From contig JBBQZX010000021.1 of the NCBI GenBank assembly GCA_038207335.1, positions 32,001 to 96,000 of the forward strand: 64,000 nt of DNA. Reading direction: 5' to 3'. The notes under the pieces are model-generated. The model searched no databases, was not told the DNA's origin, and worked only from the letters and a program-made list of their open reading frames with translations. The translations under genes were made by a program, and so were the position numbers. Below, in pieces: positions 42,111-52,568 of this stretch. Numbering within the stretch: position 1 is the stretch's first letter; every line of letters begins with the position of its first letter. Origin of the DNA: Chthoniobacterales bacterium. GTDB lineage: Bacteria; Verrucomicrobiota; Verrucomicrobiia; Chthoniobacterales; Chthoniobacteraceae.

Positions 42111-45100
42111 CTATTTCCCTCTCACCGACTCGAGGTAGGCGAGGAGGGAGGCCAGTTCTTCGGGCGTGAAGGGCGCGAGCAGGCCTTCGGGCATGATCGA
42201 CACCTCGCGCTTTCCCTGCGCCTTGATGTCGCCTTTCTCCAGCGTCACGGATTGGCCCGTGATGTTCCGCACGTCCAGCGAGTCGCCGCCGTCGCGCGTC
42301 ACGAAGCCCTCGATGTGCTCACCCTTCTTTGTGTCGAACCACACGCTCTCGAACCCCTGCGCAATCTTCGCACTCGGTTTCAGGATCGACTCTGTGAGCT
42401 CCGGTCGCCCGTAGATTTTCGCCACCGCGGACAGGATCGGCCCCTTCGGCGGTTCATCGGGCGTGATCGTGTGGCACGCGATGCATCCGGCGCGCAGGAA
42501 CATCTCCTTGCCCTTCACCGGGTCGCCGCCCTTCTGCACCGCCGCAAAAACCTCCTCATATTTCATCGTCCCGATCGTCATCGACTGCGAGCCCGTGTCC
42601 TTCAGTCCGAGGCTCTGGTAGGCGAAGAGCGCGGCTTCAGCCACCGCGTTGTTCGGGTCTTTCAGGTGCGCCGTCACCTGCGGGGCGAAAGCTGCGGCCC
42701 TTGTGTGCGCGATCACTCCGAGCAGTGCGGCGGCGGTTTCCGGCTTTGCCCACAGGCCGTCGAGCGCCTTCTGCGCGGCGGCGAGATCCTTCTTATCCGT
42801 CACCTTGCTACCCGCGAGATTCACCAGTACCGTCAGGCCGAGGTGCTGCTTTCCGGCGTCCTTCTCCGTCGCCAGTTTCGCGAAATCCCAGACGTGCTTT
42901 GCATTCCGCCCGTCGTGTGTGAATTCCTCCCACACCTGCGCCAGCGGCCCCGCGGGCGGCGACGTCGACGCCAGCGTCGCGAACGCATCCGCGCCCGCCT
43001 CGAACATCTCCTTGTTCTCCATCGACTTCTGGAAATCCCGCAGCGCACGCGAACGCAGTTCCGGCGTCTCCTTGGCGTTCGACGCGATCCCCGACAACGC
43101 CTTCAGCGCGTCCGCCGGTAGCGACTTGTCCCCGCGTACCAGCGCCTCGATCGCGCCCAGCTTCGCCGCCGTGTCGGTGCCCGCCTTCGCGAGCATGAGG
43201 TCCGTCAGCCCTGGAAAATCCACCTTTGTCTTCACGAGCGTCGCCACCAGCCACTTCGCTTCCTCCGCGTCGGTTTTGGAAAGTTCCGCCTTCATCGCCG
43301 CCTCGATCTTCTCAGAACCCGCCCACTTCTCGCCCTTGTAAACCGGCCCCGTCGTATCCGGCCGCGTCGTCCACCACTTCCCGTATTCGTAAGCTGTCTC
43401 CTTCTGATCCAGCCGGCACAGCGCGTTCAGGATGCCGCGCCGCAGCGCCGGCTCCTTCGCTGAGGAAAGTCGCGCCAGCAGGCCATCGACCACCTTCACG
43501 TCGTAAATCCCGTAGAGCGCGCGCAGCACGCCGGGCGCGGCCTTTTCGTCGGACGAACTCAGCGCCGCCAGGCACGCATCCGCCGCATTCATCGCCGACA
43601 GATACCGCACCGCCACATGCGCGATCACCGGGTCCGTATCCCCCGTCAGCGGAATCATCGACCCCGCGGCCTCAATCTTCCCCAGCCGTCCGAGTGCCGT
43701 CACCGCCTGCAGGCGGACGTGCTCATTCTTATCCGAAAGCGCTGCCACCAGCGGTGCTGTCGGCACCTTCCCGGCCAGCCGCACATCGTCGCCCATCGCC
43801 TTCAGCGCGAATTCCCGCATCTCGTCGTCCTTCAGCAGCGCCGTCTCCAGCCCCAGAGTCTTCTCTCCGAACATCTGCGTCAGCGTGAAGAGCGCGGCGA
43901 CGCGCACATTGACCGGCGCGTGCATCTTTGCGATCTCTGCCAAGCCTTCCGACACTCCCGGGCGCGGCCCGCGTCGGAGCAATTCCCGTTGCGCCGTCTG
44001 GCGTAAAGTCGCGCTCTCCGACCCCACCAGCCGCACCAGCGCGAGATCATCCAGCTTCCCGAAATCCGGCACCGGCGCCGGCTTCGCGCCCTCTTTCACC
44101 AGTTCGATCAAATATCCCGCATTCGGCCCTTCGTATTTAAACGTCGCCCCCTCCCAGCTCGAAACGTAGAGCCGCTGCGAGCCGTCCACATCCATGTCCG
44201 TCGGGCGCGTCATGGGCAGCCACTTCTCTTGCGGTGCCTTTTCATAGCCTGCGCCCAGCCGTTTCAGGTCGTGGTAGAAGATGCCGCCGGATCCCCATTC
44301 CACCGTGTACAGCCCCTTCCGCAGCCCCGGCTCATCCAGCCAGAGCGACCCGCACGGAGAACCGCCGCCGAAATCCGTCAATGCCGGCACGATATCCTCC
44401 GGGAAATTCACAAACAAATTCGGATACCCCATGTGCGCTCCCATCGGGATAAAGCTCAGCCGGTCGTTCCAGCCGCCTCCGTCGTTCGTATTATCGCGGG
44501 TAAAGACCTCCAGCGTCGGGCTCACCGCCACGTCGTAGATATTCCGCTGCCCGCGCGACACGTATTCCAGCCCTGTGCCGTCCGTCCGCACCCGCACCAC
44601 GCCGCCGCCCTTCATGTGTAGCGTATTGCCGTCCTTGCCCTTGGCCTCCAGCGCCCCGTAGTCGCCCACCGCGATGTAGATCCACCCATCGATCGCCAGC
44701 CGGCAGCCATTCGTCGTATGATCCGCCCCGCGGAATTTCAGATCGAAGCCCAGCCCCTTGACCAAGTCCTCCTCCTTATCCGCCACCCCGTCTCCATCCG
44801 AGTCCGTATAAACCGTCAGGTTTGGCGGATGCATCACGTACATACGCCCCGGCCCGGTCCCCGTAGCCCCGTCCCAAATCACCCCGCGCGGACTATCCAT
44901 CTTGGCGAATACCTTGAATTCATCCGCCACCCCATCCCCATCCTTATCGATACAGCGCAGCACCTTACCGCGATCCGGCTTTGCATCCAGCGAACCATTC
45001 TCATCGATCGCGACAAAAAGCGTTCCATCCGCCGCCGCGCTCACGGAAGTCGGATACCCCACCTCCGGCGGTTTCGCAAAAAGCGTCCCCTTGAAGCCCT

Positions 45101-45227
45101 CGGGGATCTTCACACTCTTCGGCAGGTCCGCCCCCAGCGCGGCAGTCGAGAGCAGGAGCGCAGGCAGCACAGCGGGCAGCAGGAGCGCTTGGAGGGAGAG
45201 CATGGGGAGTTTCGGACGGCGGTTCAT
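42111..45227 (-). CDS. PVC-type membrane-bound dehydrogenase / HEAT-repeat / heme-binding CxxCH protein
   Basis: DxDGDGxAD, DHTTNG, DNTNDGGGW propeller, HEAT repeats, GKEMF..AGCIACH, ESILKPS..IAQGF, SIMPEGL. Confidence 0.9.
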   Translation of the reverse strand: MNRRPKLPMLSLQALLLPAVLPALLLSTAALGADLPKSVKIPEGFKGTLFAKPPEVGYPTSVSAAADGTLFVAIDENGSLDAKPDRGKVLRCIDKDGDGVADEFKVFAKMDSPRGVIWDGATGTGPGRMYVMHPPNLTVYTDSDGDGVADKEEDLVKGLGFDLKFRGADHTTNGCRLAIDGWIYIAVGDYGALEAKGKDGNTLHMKGGGVVRVRTDGTGLEYVSRGQRNIYDVAVSPTLEVFTRDNTNDGGGWNDRLSFIPMGAHMGYPNLFVNFPEDIVPALTDFGGGSPCGSLWLDEPGLRKGLYTVEWGSGGIFYHDLKRLGAGYEKAPQEKWLPMTRPTDMDVDGSQRLYVSSWEGATFKYEGPNAGYLIELVKEGAKPAPVPDFGKLDDLALVRLVGSESATLRQTAQRELLRRGPRPGVSEGLAEIAKMHAPVNVRVAALFTLTQMFGEKTLGLETALLKDDEMREFALKAMGDDVRLAGKVPTAPLVAALSDKNEHVRLQAVTALGRLGKIEAAGSMIPLTGDTDPVIAHVAVRYLSAMNAADACLAALSSSDEKAAPGVLRALYGIYDVKVVDGLLARLSSAKEPALRRGILNALCRLDQKETAYEYGKWWTTRPDTTGPVYKGEKWAGSEKIEAAMKAELSKTDAEEAKWLVATLVKTKVDFPGLTDLMLAKAGTDTAAKLGAIEALVRGDKSLPADALKALSGIASNAKETPELRSRALRDFQKSMENKEMFEAGADAFATLASTSPPAGPLAQVWEEFTHDGRNAKHVWDFAKLATEKDAGKQHLGLTVLVNLAGSKVTDKKDLAAAQKALDGLWAKPETAAALLGVIAHTRAAAFAPQVTAHLKDPNNAVAEAALFAYQSLGLKDTGSQSMTIGTMKYEEVFAAVQKGGDPVKGKEMFLRAGCIACHTITPDEPPKGPILSAVAKIYGRPELTESILKPSAKIAQGFESVWFDTKKGEHIEGFVTRDGGDSLDVRNITGQSVTLEKGDIKAQGKREVSIMPEGLLAPFTPEELASLLAYLESVRGK

Positions 45228-45446
45228 ATCGGTGTGAAAGTCGGAGTTTGAGCCCCGCACAATCCCATGGCGAGCCCCGAGCTTAGTCCTCGCGGAAAAA
45301 AGGCAGCGGGCCGACTTTTGCCGGAGCTCCACCTCCCGCCAGGCAAGCGTGGCCTGTCAGAGCTCCGAAATGAGGCGTGAGGAAGTGTAATTACTCTGGA
45401 AATCGGCTTGCTGACGGCGTCAAAAAACGGAGAGCCCGAAGTGACG

Positions 45447-45587
45447 ACCGGACACCAGTTTGCCTCGACTGGATCCAGTCTGGCCTGAGCAGAAGACACG
45501 GAATGGAGAGCGGACGCCAGTCTGGTTATGCCGGACGCCAGTTTTCCTGCAAAGGACGGTAGTTTGTTCCAAAGGAGCGCCCTTTTG
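45447..45587. repeat. Degenerate 20-21 bp periodic direct-repeat array (GGACRCCAGT core)
   Basis: CCAGT-type cores at 45455, 45475, 45517, 45538, 45559. Confidence 0.6.
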
Positions 45588-45850
45588 TCGCGCCTACCGT
45601 CCCCGAGCGGGAGATTGGGGACGAGGGACGCTGGGCGGACGGAAAGCCGTCCCATCCAGCGCACCCCGCGCGGTCCGGTTACGATTCCGCGGGGATCATC
45701 GATCCCGGCTAGAGGCGTTTCGTGGGAATTCGCGGTTGACGTGGTGCAGGGGCGCGCTTAGCAAGAAAGGTGTCTTTTTTCTCTCCCCAGAGAACGATCC
45801 AGCGTTCCAGCGATACTCTGTCCCGCTCGCTCGTGTTCCCGATTCGTCCT

Positions 45851-48800
45851 ATGAAAAAATCTCTCGGCAACTTCACCCCGGCGATGGTCGGGAAGCGCTC
45901 ACTTTCACTGGCGGCGGCGGTGGCCGCGATGCTGGGAGGCGTGCGGGACTCGCGGGGGCAGACGAGTGGGACTTTTACCTTCTCGGGAAATCTAGGGGCG
46001 GGGGACTCTGATGCGCTGGTGGGGCTGGATACGAGTAAGACGTATCTGGATGCGTATAACTTCGGGATCGGGGCGGGGAATGTGACGGTGAATGGGGTGA
46101 CTTTCACGGGGGTGGCTGGGACGAATCCCGCGGTGGGCGGGATTTTCTCGACGACGGGGCTGGGGAATCAGAACGCCGGGGTGGGAGCGGTGCCGGGGGG
46201 GCAGCTCGGACTGGTGACGACGGGCTTCGTGTATGGGGCGACGACGGTACCGGAGGTTTTCACGCTGAGCAATCTGACGGTGGGGCAGTCGTATGTCGTG
46301 AGCTTTTACAACAAGGTGTGGGACGCTGCGGCACGGACGCAAAACTTGTCGGCGGGCGGGGCCTCGACGGCGTCGGGGGCGGCTTACGATGAGAATACAT
46401 CGGGGGTGGTGGGGAATCTGAATATCCTGCGTTACACATTCCTGGCGTCGGCTCCGACGCAGACGGTGTCGTTTGCGGCGCAGGTGTCGAATACGACGAA
46501 TCACCAGTACGGGTTCACGCTGGAGCAGACTTTCAACAATATCTGGGTGAGCGGGAATACGTGGACGACGTCGGTGTGGGGCGGCGGGGCGGCGACGGCG
46601 CCGAATTCGGCGGGGTCGAATGGGTATTTCGGACCGCAGGGAACGCCGACGACGATCGATCTGGATGCGGACCGGACGGTGGGGCATTTGCAGTTCGAGG
46701 GGACGAATGCGTGGACGGTGAGCAGTGTGGGGGGGAAGACGCTGACACTGCAGGCGGATGTGGGCGGTGCCTCGACGCTGAGCGCGCTGTCGGGCTCGCA
46801 TACGATCGCGCCGAATATCACGCTTTTATCTCCGACGCTGCTGAAGGTGGGCGACGGAAAGCTGACGCTGAGCGGGAATATCGCGGGCGGGACGAACGGG
46901 GTGACGGTGGGCGGGGGAACGCTGGCGCTGACGGGGGTGAATGATTACCGCGGGGAGACGATCATCGGGAGCGGGACGCTGGAGGTGACGACGGTGTCGG
47001 ACTACGGAGTTGCGAGTGGGATCGGGAGCCGGGCGCTGGCGGACGAGAATACGACGCTGACTGGCGTGGGGCTGCATTTCATGGGGGGGACGCTGCGGTT
47101 TGTGGGGACGACGCCGCAGAGCACGAACCGGAATATCCGGGTGCTGAACGGGCCGAACGGTGGGACGATCGATGCGTCGGGGACGAATCCGGCGGCGACG
47201 CTGAGCTTCACGAAGACGGGGGCGAATATTAACCTCTTCGACACTGGCGGGACACGGACTTTAACGCTGACGGGAAGCAACAAGGGGGATAATGGGTTTT
47301 CGATCCCGCTGATCAATCAGGCGGCTTTTGCGACGAGCCTGACGAAGTCCGGGGCGGGGACGTGGGTGCTGAACGGGCCGGATGTGAACAGCGCGACGGG
47401 GACAACGCTGGTGACAGGCGGGCTCTTGAAGCTGGCGAAGACGGCGGTGTCGGCGGTGAGCGGGCCGCTGAGCATCGGCGACGGGACGGCACCGGCGGCG
47501 GTGGAGCTGGGAGGGACGGGGGGCAATCAGGTCGCTGATGGATCGCTGGTGACACTCGCGGGGAGCGGAGTGAATGCGGGAGCCCTGAGGGTGAAGGATA
47601 CAGCAGAGACGCTGGGCGGGCTGAGCAGTGTGGGCGGGGCGGGAATCGTAGAAAATGAAGGGACGGCGACGGGGACGCTGACGCTCAATGTGGCGGCGAC
47701 GCAGGCATTCAGCGGGGTGCTGCGCGACGGCGACGGCGTGGGCTCGGACGGTGTGCTGGCTTTGGCAAAAACCGGCGTGGGGACGCAGACGCTGTCGGGC
47801 AACAACACCTATTCGGGCCTGACGACGGTGTCGGCGGGCGTGTTGGATTTGCAAAGCGGGAACGCGCTGGGCTCGACGGTTGCCGGGACGACGGTGGCGA
47901 CGAATGTGGCGCTGCAGCTCAGCGGCGGAATCGCGGTGGGGGCGGAGACGCTGTCGATTGTGGGCGGCGGCATTGTGAATACCGGTGCGATCCGCAATCT
48001 TTCGGGGAACAATTCGTGGGCGGGGACGATCACGCTGACGGGTCAGACGCGGTTTGTGTCGGATGCGGGGTCGCTGACGCTGGGCGGAGTGACTGGGGCG
48101 CAGAATTTGATCTTGAGCGGAGCGGGGGACGTCGTGCTCGGCGGGCCGATCACGCTGGGGATCGGATTTATTTCAAAGGATAACCTCGTCGGTGGTGGGA
48201 CCGGTGCGCTGACACTGAGCGGCGCGAATACCTACAGCGGAGCGACAATGGTGACGGCTGGGACACTGCGGCTGGATTACACGACGCAGGATAATTCCAA
48301 GCTGTCGGACACCGCGGCGCTGGTGCTAGGCGGGGTGCCGGTCGTGCTGACCGGCGGATCGCACGCGGAGGTAGTCGGCTCGACGACGCTGAACGCTGGA
48401 ACGGCAAGTTCGCTGAGCAGGTCGAGTGGGACCGCGGTGCTGCAACTCGGCACGGTGACTGTGGGAGCCGGAGCGAGGCTGAATGTCAGCGCGGATAACA
48501 TCGCGACGACGAACAACCTGAACTCCGATGGCCTGCTGCTCGGATTCCGCGTGGGGAATTCATTCGCGGTGAACGGGACGAACTCGCCGGGTGGAGCGAT
48601 CGTGGCTTTTACCGGATACACGAACGTGAACCGAATGGGCGGCACGATCCCGAACGGCGCAGGGACGGTCGCGCGAATCGTGGAAGGTGGTGCGGGTGGA
48701 AATGTGACGCTCGGAGCACCGTCGACTTTGATCGATGCGCTGCAAGTGGACGCAACCGGAGCGACGACGATCGCGCCGACGAGCCCCGGAGACATCTTGT

Positions 48801-51289
48801 CGATCGGAGGAGAAACTAGCGGTGTCATATGGCATCAGGCGACAGCGGGGGGATTGACGATCGGGGCGACTCCGAATGACGGGGTGCTGACCACGGGTGC
48901 CACAGATAATGGCGGGACCCCTGTCTTGAGCATCTCCAACGACAGCGTGACCAAGGCGGTGACGATCAACTCCGTGATCGCGAACAACGGGTCTGAAATA
49001 ATCGGTGTGACGAAAACCGACGCAGGGACGGCAGTGCTGACTGCGAACAACACGTTCGGCGGAATCCTGTCGGCATCCGGTGGCACGCTCATTCTGACAG
49101 GAAACAACGCCGCGCGGCCGACGGGACTGAGCGGGGCGACGACCGTGACCTCTGGCGGAACGCTGCAATTGCAGGCGAACGCGGGGAACACGGCGGCGGG
49201 AATCTCGACGGTGCTCGGTAGCGAGCAGACGGCCAACCAGCCGTTCGTATTGAGCTCCGGCGGCACGCTCCAGCTCCGGAGCGACAGCGCGGTGACCTTC
49301 GCCGGCGGCAATAACTTCGGCGGTCTCGGCAGTGCGACGGTGACCATCGACGTGAATCAACTCACTGGTCCTAGCACGGGCAATACGCTCACGTTCGCGC
49401 CGGGCGGACTCGCAGTGAACACGACGACCCTCAACATCACAGGCGGGAACGGATACAAACTCAGCATCGGCGCAATCGGCAATGGCTTAGCCAACGCCAC
49501 GCTCACGCTCAACCCGACCACCGCGGGATTGATCGTCGCGGGCTACACGCCGACCGTTGCCACGACTCTCGCCCTCACCGGCACGGCTGCGGGCAATATG
49601 ATCACGGGCGCGGTCACCAATGCGACCACCATCACAAAGACCGGCAGCAGCACGTGGGAACTCGCCGGTGCCAATACGAGCACCGGAGCGATCACTGTCT
49701 CAGGCGGCACGCTGACCCTCTCGGGCGCAAAAACCGGCGCTTCGGGCGCGATTACGGTCGCCAATGTTGCCGGAACGGATGCCACGCTGAATATTTCGAA
49801 CGGGGCGTATGCGCTGGGCGCGGCGAATTTTTTCGTAGCTAGCGCCGCGACGACTCCGGCGATGGGCACGGTGACCCAAAGCGGTGGTTCCGTTTCGTTT
49901 ACGAGTGGAAACGGGCTGCTCATCGGAAATGGCGGCATTGCGAACACAGGCACATACAACCTCACGGGCGGAAGCGTTACCACGTTCGCCAGCGGCACAC
50001 GGGGCGTAATGCTCGGCGTGAACGTCAATGCCATCGCGAACTTCAACCTCGGCGGCACCGGCTTTCTGAATATGACTGCTGCATCGGGAGGCGGCGGGGA
50101 TGCTCTTCTTCAGATTGGCCGGTCGGACTCAACGACGAACGCCACGACGAATACTTTCACCCAGACCGGCGGCACGGCGAACGTGGGAATCCTCACCCTC
50201 GGCGGCAGCGCGGGCGGCAGCTCTACGGTAGTTTCCGCGTTGACGCTGAATGGTGGCATTTTTGCGGCGAATCAATTTACGAAGCTGGCTGCCGGCAACA
50301 CCAACACCGCTGTCATCAACATCGGCGGCACGGCTGACGTCACGCTCCCCTTCTTCCCGACAGCGCGCGGCACCGGTTCCACCGTCACGCTTAATTTCGA
50401 TGGAGGCACCCTCCGCCCGCTCGCGGCGAGCACCAGCTACATCGGCGGACTGACGAATGCGTTCATCGCGGCGGGCGGCGCGACTTTCGACGTGCCGACG
50501 GGGAGGGACATCACGATCACGCAGAACCTCCTGACAAGCACAACATCGAGCGGAGGAGGGTTGACGAAGTCCGGCGTGGGCGCACTGACGCTCACCGGGA
50601 CCGAGACATACACGGGACCGACGCGAGTCACGGGCGGTTCGCTCGTGCTGACGGGCTCCATCGCGGCGTCTTCGGGCGTGGCGATTTCCGGGGGCGCGAA
50701 CTTCGATGTGAATGGACTCGGCGGGGGCTTCACGCTCGCCAGTGGGCGCACGCTCTCGGGCGGCACGGGTGCGAGCACCGGAACGGTGGCGGGTACGGTG
50801 AACGCAGCCGCGGGCGCGACCGTGGCTCCCGGACTCGGCGCGGGCGCGACTGGAAGGCTGTCGGTCTCAAACGGCTTCTCCCTCGCCTCGACGGCGCACC
50901 TTTCCCTCGATCTGAACGGCGCGGCGGCGGGGACGGGCTACGATCAACTCGCTGTGAACGCAGGAAATATCAGCCTCGCGGGCGACCTCGCGGGCTCGAC
51001 GCTCACGTTTGTCCCGGCGTTCACGGACGTATTTTTCATCATCCTGAACAATGGCATCGGCACGACCGCGGGCACGCTGAACGGCGTGGCAGAAGGCGGT
51101 ACGGTGACGATCGGCGCGCAGAACTTCAAGATCACTTACGCGGCCGATTCCGTGGCGACGAATGCCGGGAACTTTGGCGGCGCGTTGGGCAACGACGTGG
51201 CGCTGCTGGCAGTGCCTGAGCCGGGAGTGATCGTCTCGCTGCTCGGCGGAATGGGACTGCTCCTAGGCCTCCGGCGTCGGCGGGCGTGA
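45851..51289 (+). CDS. Giant PEP-CTERM protein with autotransporter-associated beta-strand repeats
   Basis: Repeated LTKxGxGxxxLxGxNTYxGxTxVxxGxL; ends VPEP-TM-RRRR. Confidence 0.93.
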   Translation: MKKSLGNFTPAMVGKRSLSLAAAVAAMLGGVRDSRGQTSGTFTFSGNLGAGDSDALVGLDTSKTYLDAYNFGIGAGNVTVNGVTFTGVAGTNPAVGGIFSTTGLGNQNAGVGAVPGGQLGLVTTGFVYGATTVPEVFTLSNLTVGQSYVVSFYNKVWDAAARTQNLSAGGASTASGAAYDENTSGVVGNLNILRYTFLASAPTQTVSFAAQVSNTTNHQYGFTLEQTFNNIWVSGNTWTTSVWGGGAATAPNSAGSNGYFGPQGTPTTIDLDADRTVGHLQFEGTNAWTVSSVGGKTLTLQADVGGASTLSALSGSHTIAPNITLLSPTLLKVGDGKLTLSGNIAGGTNGVTVGGGTLALTGVNDYRGETIIGSGTLEVTTVSDYGVASGIGSRALADENTTLTGVGLHFMGGTLRFVGTTPQSTNRNIRVLNGPNGGTIDASGTNPAATLSFTKTGANINLFDTGGTRTLTLTGSNKGDNGFSIPLINQAAFATSLTKSGAGTWVLNGPDVNSATGTTLVTGGLLKLAKTAVSAVSGPLSIGDGTAPAAVELGGTGGNQVADGSLVTLAGSGVNAGALRVKDTAETLGGLSSVGGAGIVENEGTATGTLTLNVAATQAFSGVLRDGDGVGSDGVLALAKTGVGTQTLSGNNTYSGLTTVSAGVLDLQSGNALGSTVAGTTVATNVALQLSGGIAVGAETLSIVGGGIVNTGAIRNLSGNNSWAGTITLTGQTRFVSDAGSLTLGGVTGAQNLILSGAGDVVLGGPITLGIGFISKDNLVGGGTGALTLSGANTYSGATMVTAGTLRLDYTTQDNSKLSDTAALVLGGVPVVLTGGSHAEVVGSTTLNAGTASSLSRSSGTAVLQLGTVTVGAGARLNVSADNIATTNNLNSDGLLLGFRVGNSFAVNGTNSPGGAIVAFTGYTNVNRMGGTIPNGAGTVARIVEGGAGGNVTLGAPSTLIDALQVDATGATTIAPTSPGDILSIGGETSGVIWHQATAGGLTIGATPNDGVLTTGATDNGGTPVLSISNDSVTKAVTINSVIANNGSEIIGVTKTDAGTAVLTANNTFGGILSASGGTLILTGNNAARPTGLSGATTVTSGGTLQLQANAGNTAAGISTVLGSEQTANQPFVLSSGGTLQLRSDSAVTFAGGNNFGGLGSATVTIDVNQLTGPSTGNTLTFAPGGLAVNTTTLNITGGNGYKLSIGAIGNGLANATLTLNPTTAGLIVAGYTPTVATTLALTGTAAGNMITGAVTNATTITKTGSSTWELAGANTSTGAITVSGGTLTLSGAKTGASGAITVANVAGTDATLNISNGAYALGAANFFVASAATTPAMGTVTQSGGSVSFTSGNGLLIGNGGIANTGTYNLTGGSVTTFASGTRGVMLGVNVNAIANFNLGGTGFLNMTAASGGGGDALLQIGRSDSTTNATTNTFTQTGGTANVGILTLGGSAGGSSTVVSALTLNGGIFAANQFTKLAAGNTNTAVINIGGTADVTLPFFPTARGTGSTVTLNFDGGTLRPLAASTSYIGGLTNAFIAAGGATFDVPTGRDITITQNLLTSTTSSGGGLTKSGVGALTLTGTETYTGPTRVTGGSLVLTGSIAASSGVAISGGANFDVNGLGGGFTLASGRTLSGGTGASTGTVAGTVNAAAGATVAPGLGAGATGRLSVSNGFSLASTAHLSLDLNGAAAGTGYDQLAVNAGNISLAGDLAGSTLTFVPAFTDVFFIILNNGIGTTAGTLNGVAEGGTVTIGAQNFKITYAADSVATNAGNFGGALGNDVALLAVPEPGVIVSLLGGMGLLLGLRRRRA

Positions 51290-51337
51290 CACGGCGATGA
51301 GCGGTCGGCAAATCTGAAAATCCCGTGCGCGCGGGGC

Positions 51338-51367
51338 TTGAAATGCGCCTGCGGAAATGGGTAGGCT
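51338..51367 (+). promoter_or_regulatory. Putative sigma70 promoter, probably giving a leaderless mRNA
   Basis: TTGAAA-N18-TAGGCT, 7 nt before ATG 51375. Confidence 0.55.
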
Positions 51368-51374
51368 TCCGGGC

Positions 51375-52544
51375 ATGTCCACAGAAACTGCTCCTGCTCC
51401 GACGGCGCCCGTTTACTCAAACAAAAATCCCTTTCCGGCGCGGCACCCGGTCAATGTGAAGCTCACGGGCGGCGGGTCGGAGAAAGACACGCGGCATCAT
51501 GAAATCTCGCTGGAAGGGTCGGGACTTAAGTATCTGGCGGGCGACGCGCTGGGCCTGCAGGTGACGAATTGCCCGGCGCTCGTGGAGGAGGTGATCGCGG
51601 CGCTCGGAGCCTCGGGCGATGAGCTGGTCCCGGGACGCGATGGGGCGCCGAAGCCCCTGCGGGCTGCGCTGTTTTCGGATTACGCGATCACGTTCACGGA
51701 GAAGAAATTCCTTGAGCTGGCGTCGGAGAAAGGCGCGCCTGAACTCAAGGCTCTATTGGCGGTGGAGAAGGCGGAGGATTTAAAAAAATACCTGACGGGG
51801 AAAGGGACGTGCCACGATTACGTGGATATTTTGAAGGAGTTTCCGGGGCTGAAAGTGACGCCGGAGGAGTTCGTGAAAGTGCTGCGGAAGCTGCCGCCGC
51901 GGCTTTACTCGATCGCGTCGAGCCTGATGGCGCATCCGGAGAGCGTGCATCTGACGGTGGCGACCGTGCGTTACGACTCGAATGGGCGCGGGCGCAAAGG
52001 CGTGGCGTCCACTTTTCTCGCGGAACGATGGGAGGGAGAGACGACGGCAGGAGTGTTTTTGCAGTCGCAGCAGAAGCACTTTTTCCTGCCGCCGGATGGG
52101 CAGACGCCGATCATCATGGTCGGTCCAGGGACAGGTGTTGCGCCGTTTCGCGCTTTTCTCGAAGAGCGTGAGGCGATGGGGCACAAAGGGCGCAATTGGC
52201 TGTTCTTCGGCGAGCAGCGGCGCGGGGAGGATTTCTTTTACGAGGACCAGTTCACAAAGTGGATGCAGGACGGGTTTCTGCGGATGGATACGGCATTTTC
52301 GCGGGATCAGACGGAGAAGATTTATGTGCAGCATCGCGTCGAGCAGAACGGCACGGACCTCTGGAAATGGCTGGAGGAAGGTGCGGATTTTTTCGTCTGC
52401 GGCGACAAGACGCGGATGGCCACGGACGTGGACAACGCGCTGCATCGCGTGATCGAAAAGAAAGGCGGCAAGACGCCGGAGCAGGCGAAGGAATACGTGG
52501 AGGCGATGAAGAAGGCCAAACGCTACAAGCGGGACGTTTATTGA
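51375..52544 (+). CDS. CysJ-like FAD/NADPH reductase lacking the flavodoxin domain
   Basis: KDTRH.EISL, RLYSIASS, GVAST, GPGTGVAPFR, AFSRD, KIYVQ, RYKRDVY. Confidence 0.88.
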   Translation: MSTETAPAPTAPVYSNKNPFPARHPVNVKLTGGGSEKDTRHHEISLEGSGLKYLAGDALGLQVTNCPALVEEVIAALGASGDELVPGRDGAPKPLRAALFSDYAITFTEKKFLELASEKGAPELKALLAVEKAEDLKKYLTGKGTCHDYVDILKEFPGLKVTPEEFVKVLRKLPPRLYSIASSLMAHPESVHLTVATVRYDSNGRGRKGVASTFLAERWEGETTAGVFLQSQQKHFFLPPDGQTPIIMVGPGTGVAPFRAFLEEREAMGHKGRNWLFFGEQRRGEDFFYEDQFTKWMQDGFLRMDTAFSRDQTEKIYVQHRVEQNGTDLWKWLEEGADFFVCGDKTRMATDVDNALHRVIEKKGGKTPEQAKEYVEAMKKAKRYKRDVY

Positions 52545-52568
52545 GTCACCATGCGCTCGATTTTACCG

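Noticed and set aside
45447..45587. CRISPR array
   Set aside because: Unit is only about 21 bp and degenerate, and there are no cas genes
45620..45665. c-di-GMP-I riboswitch (ggacggaaagcc)
   Set aside because: Lacks the upstream GGCAAAC/GAAA stem and the downstream P3 consensus
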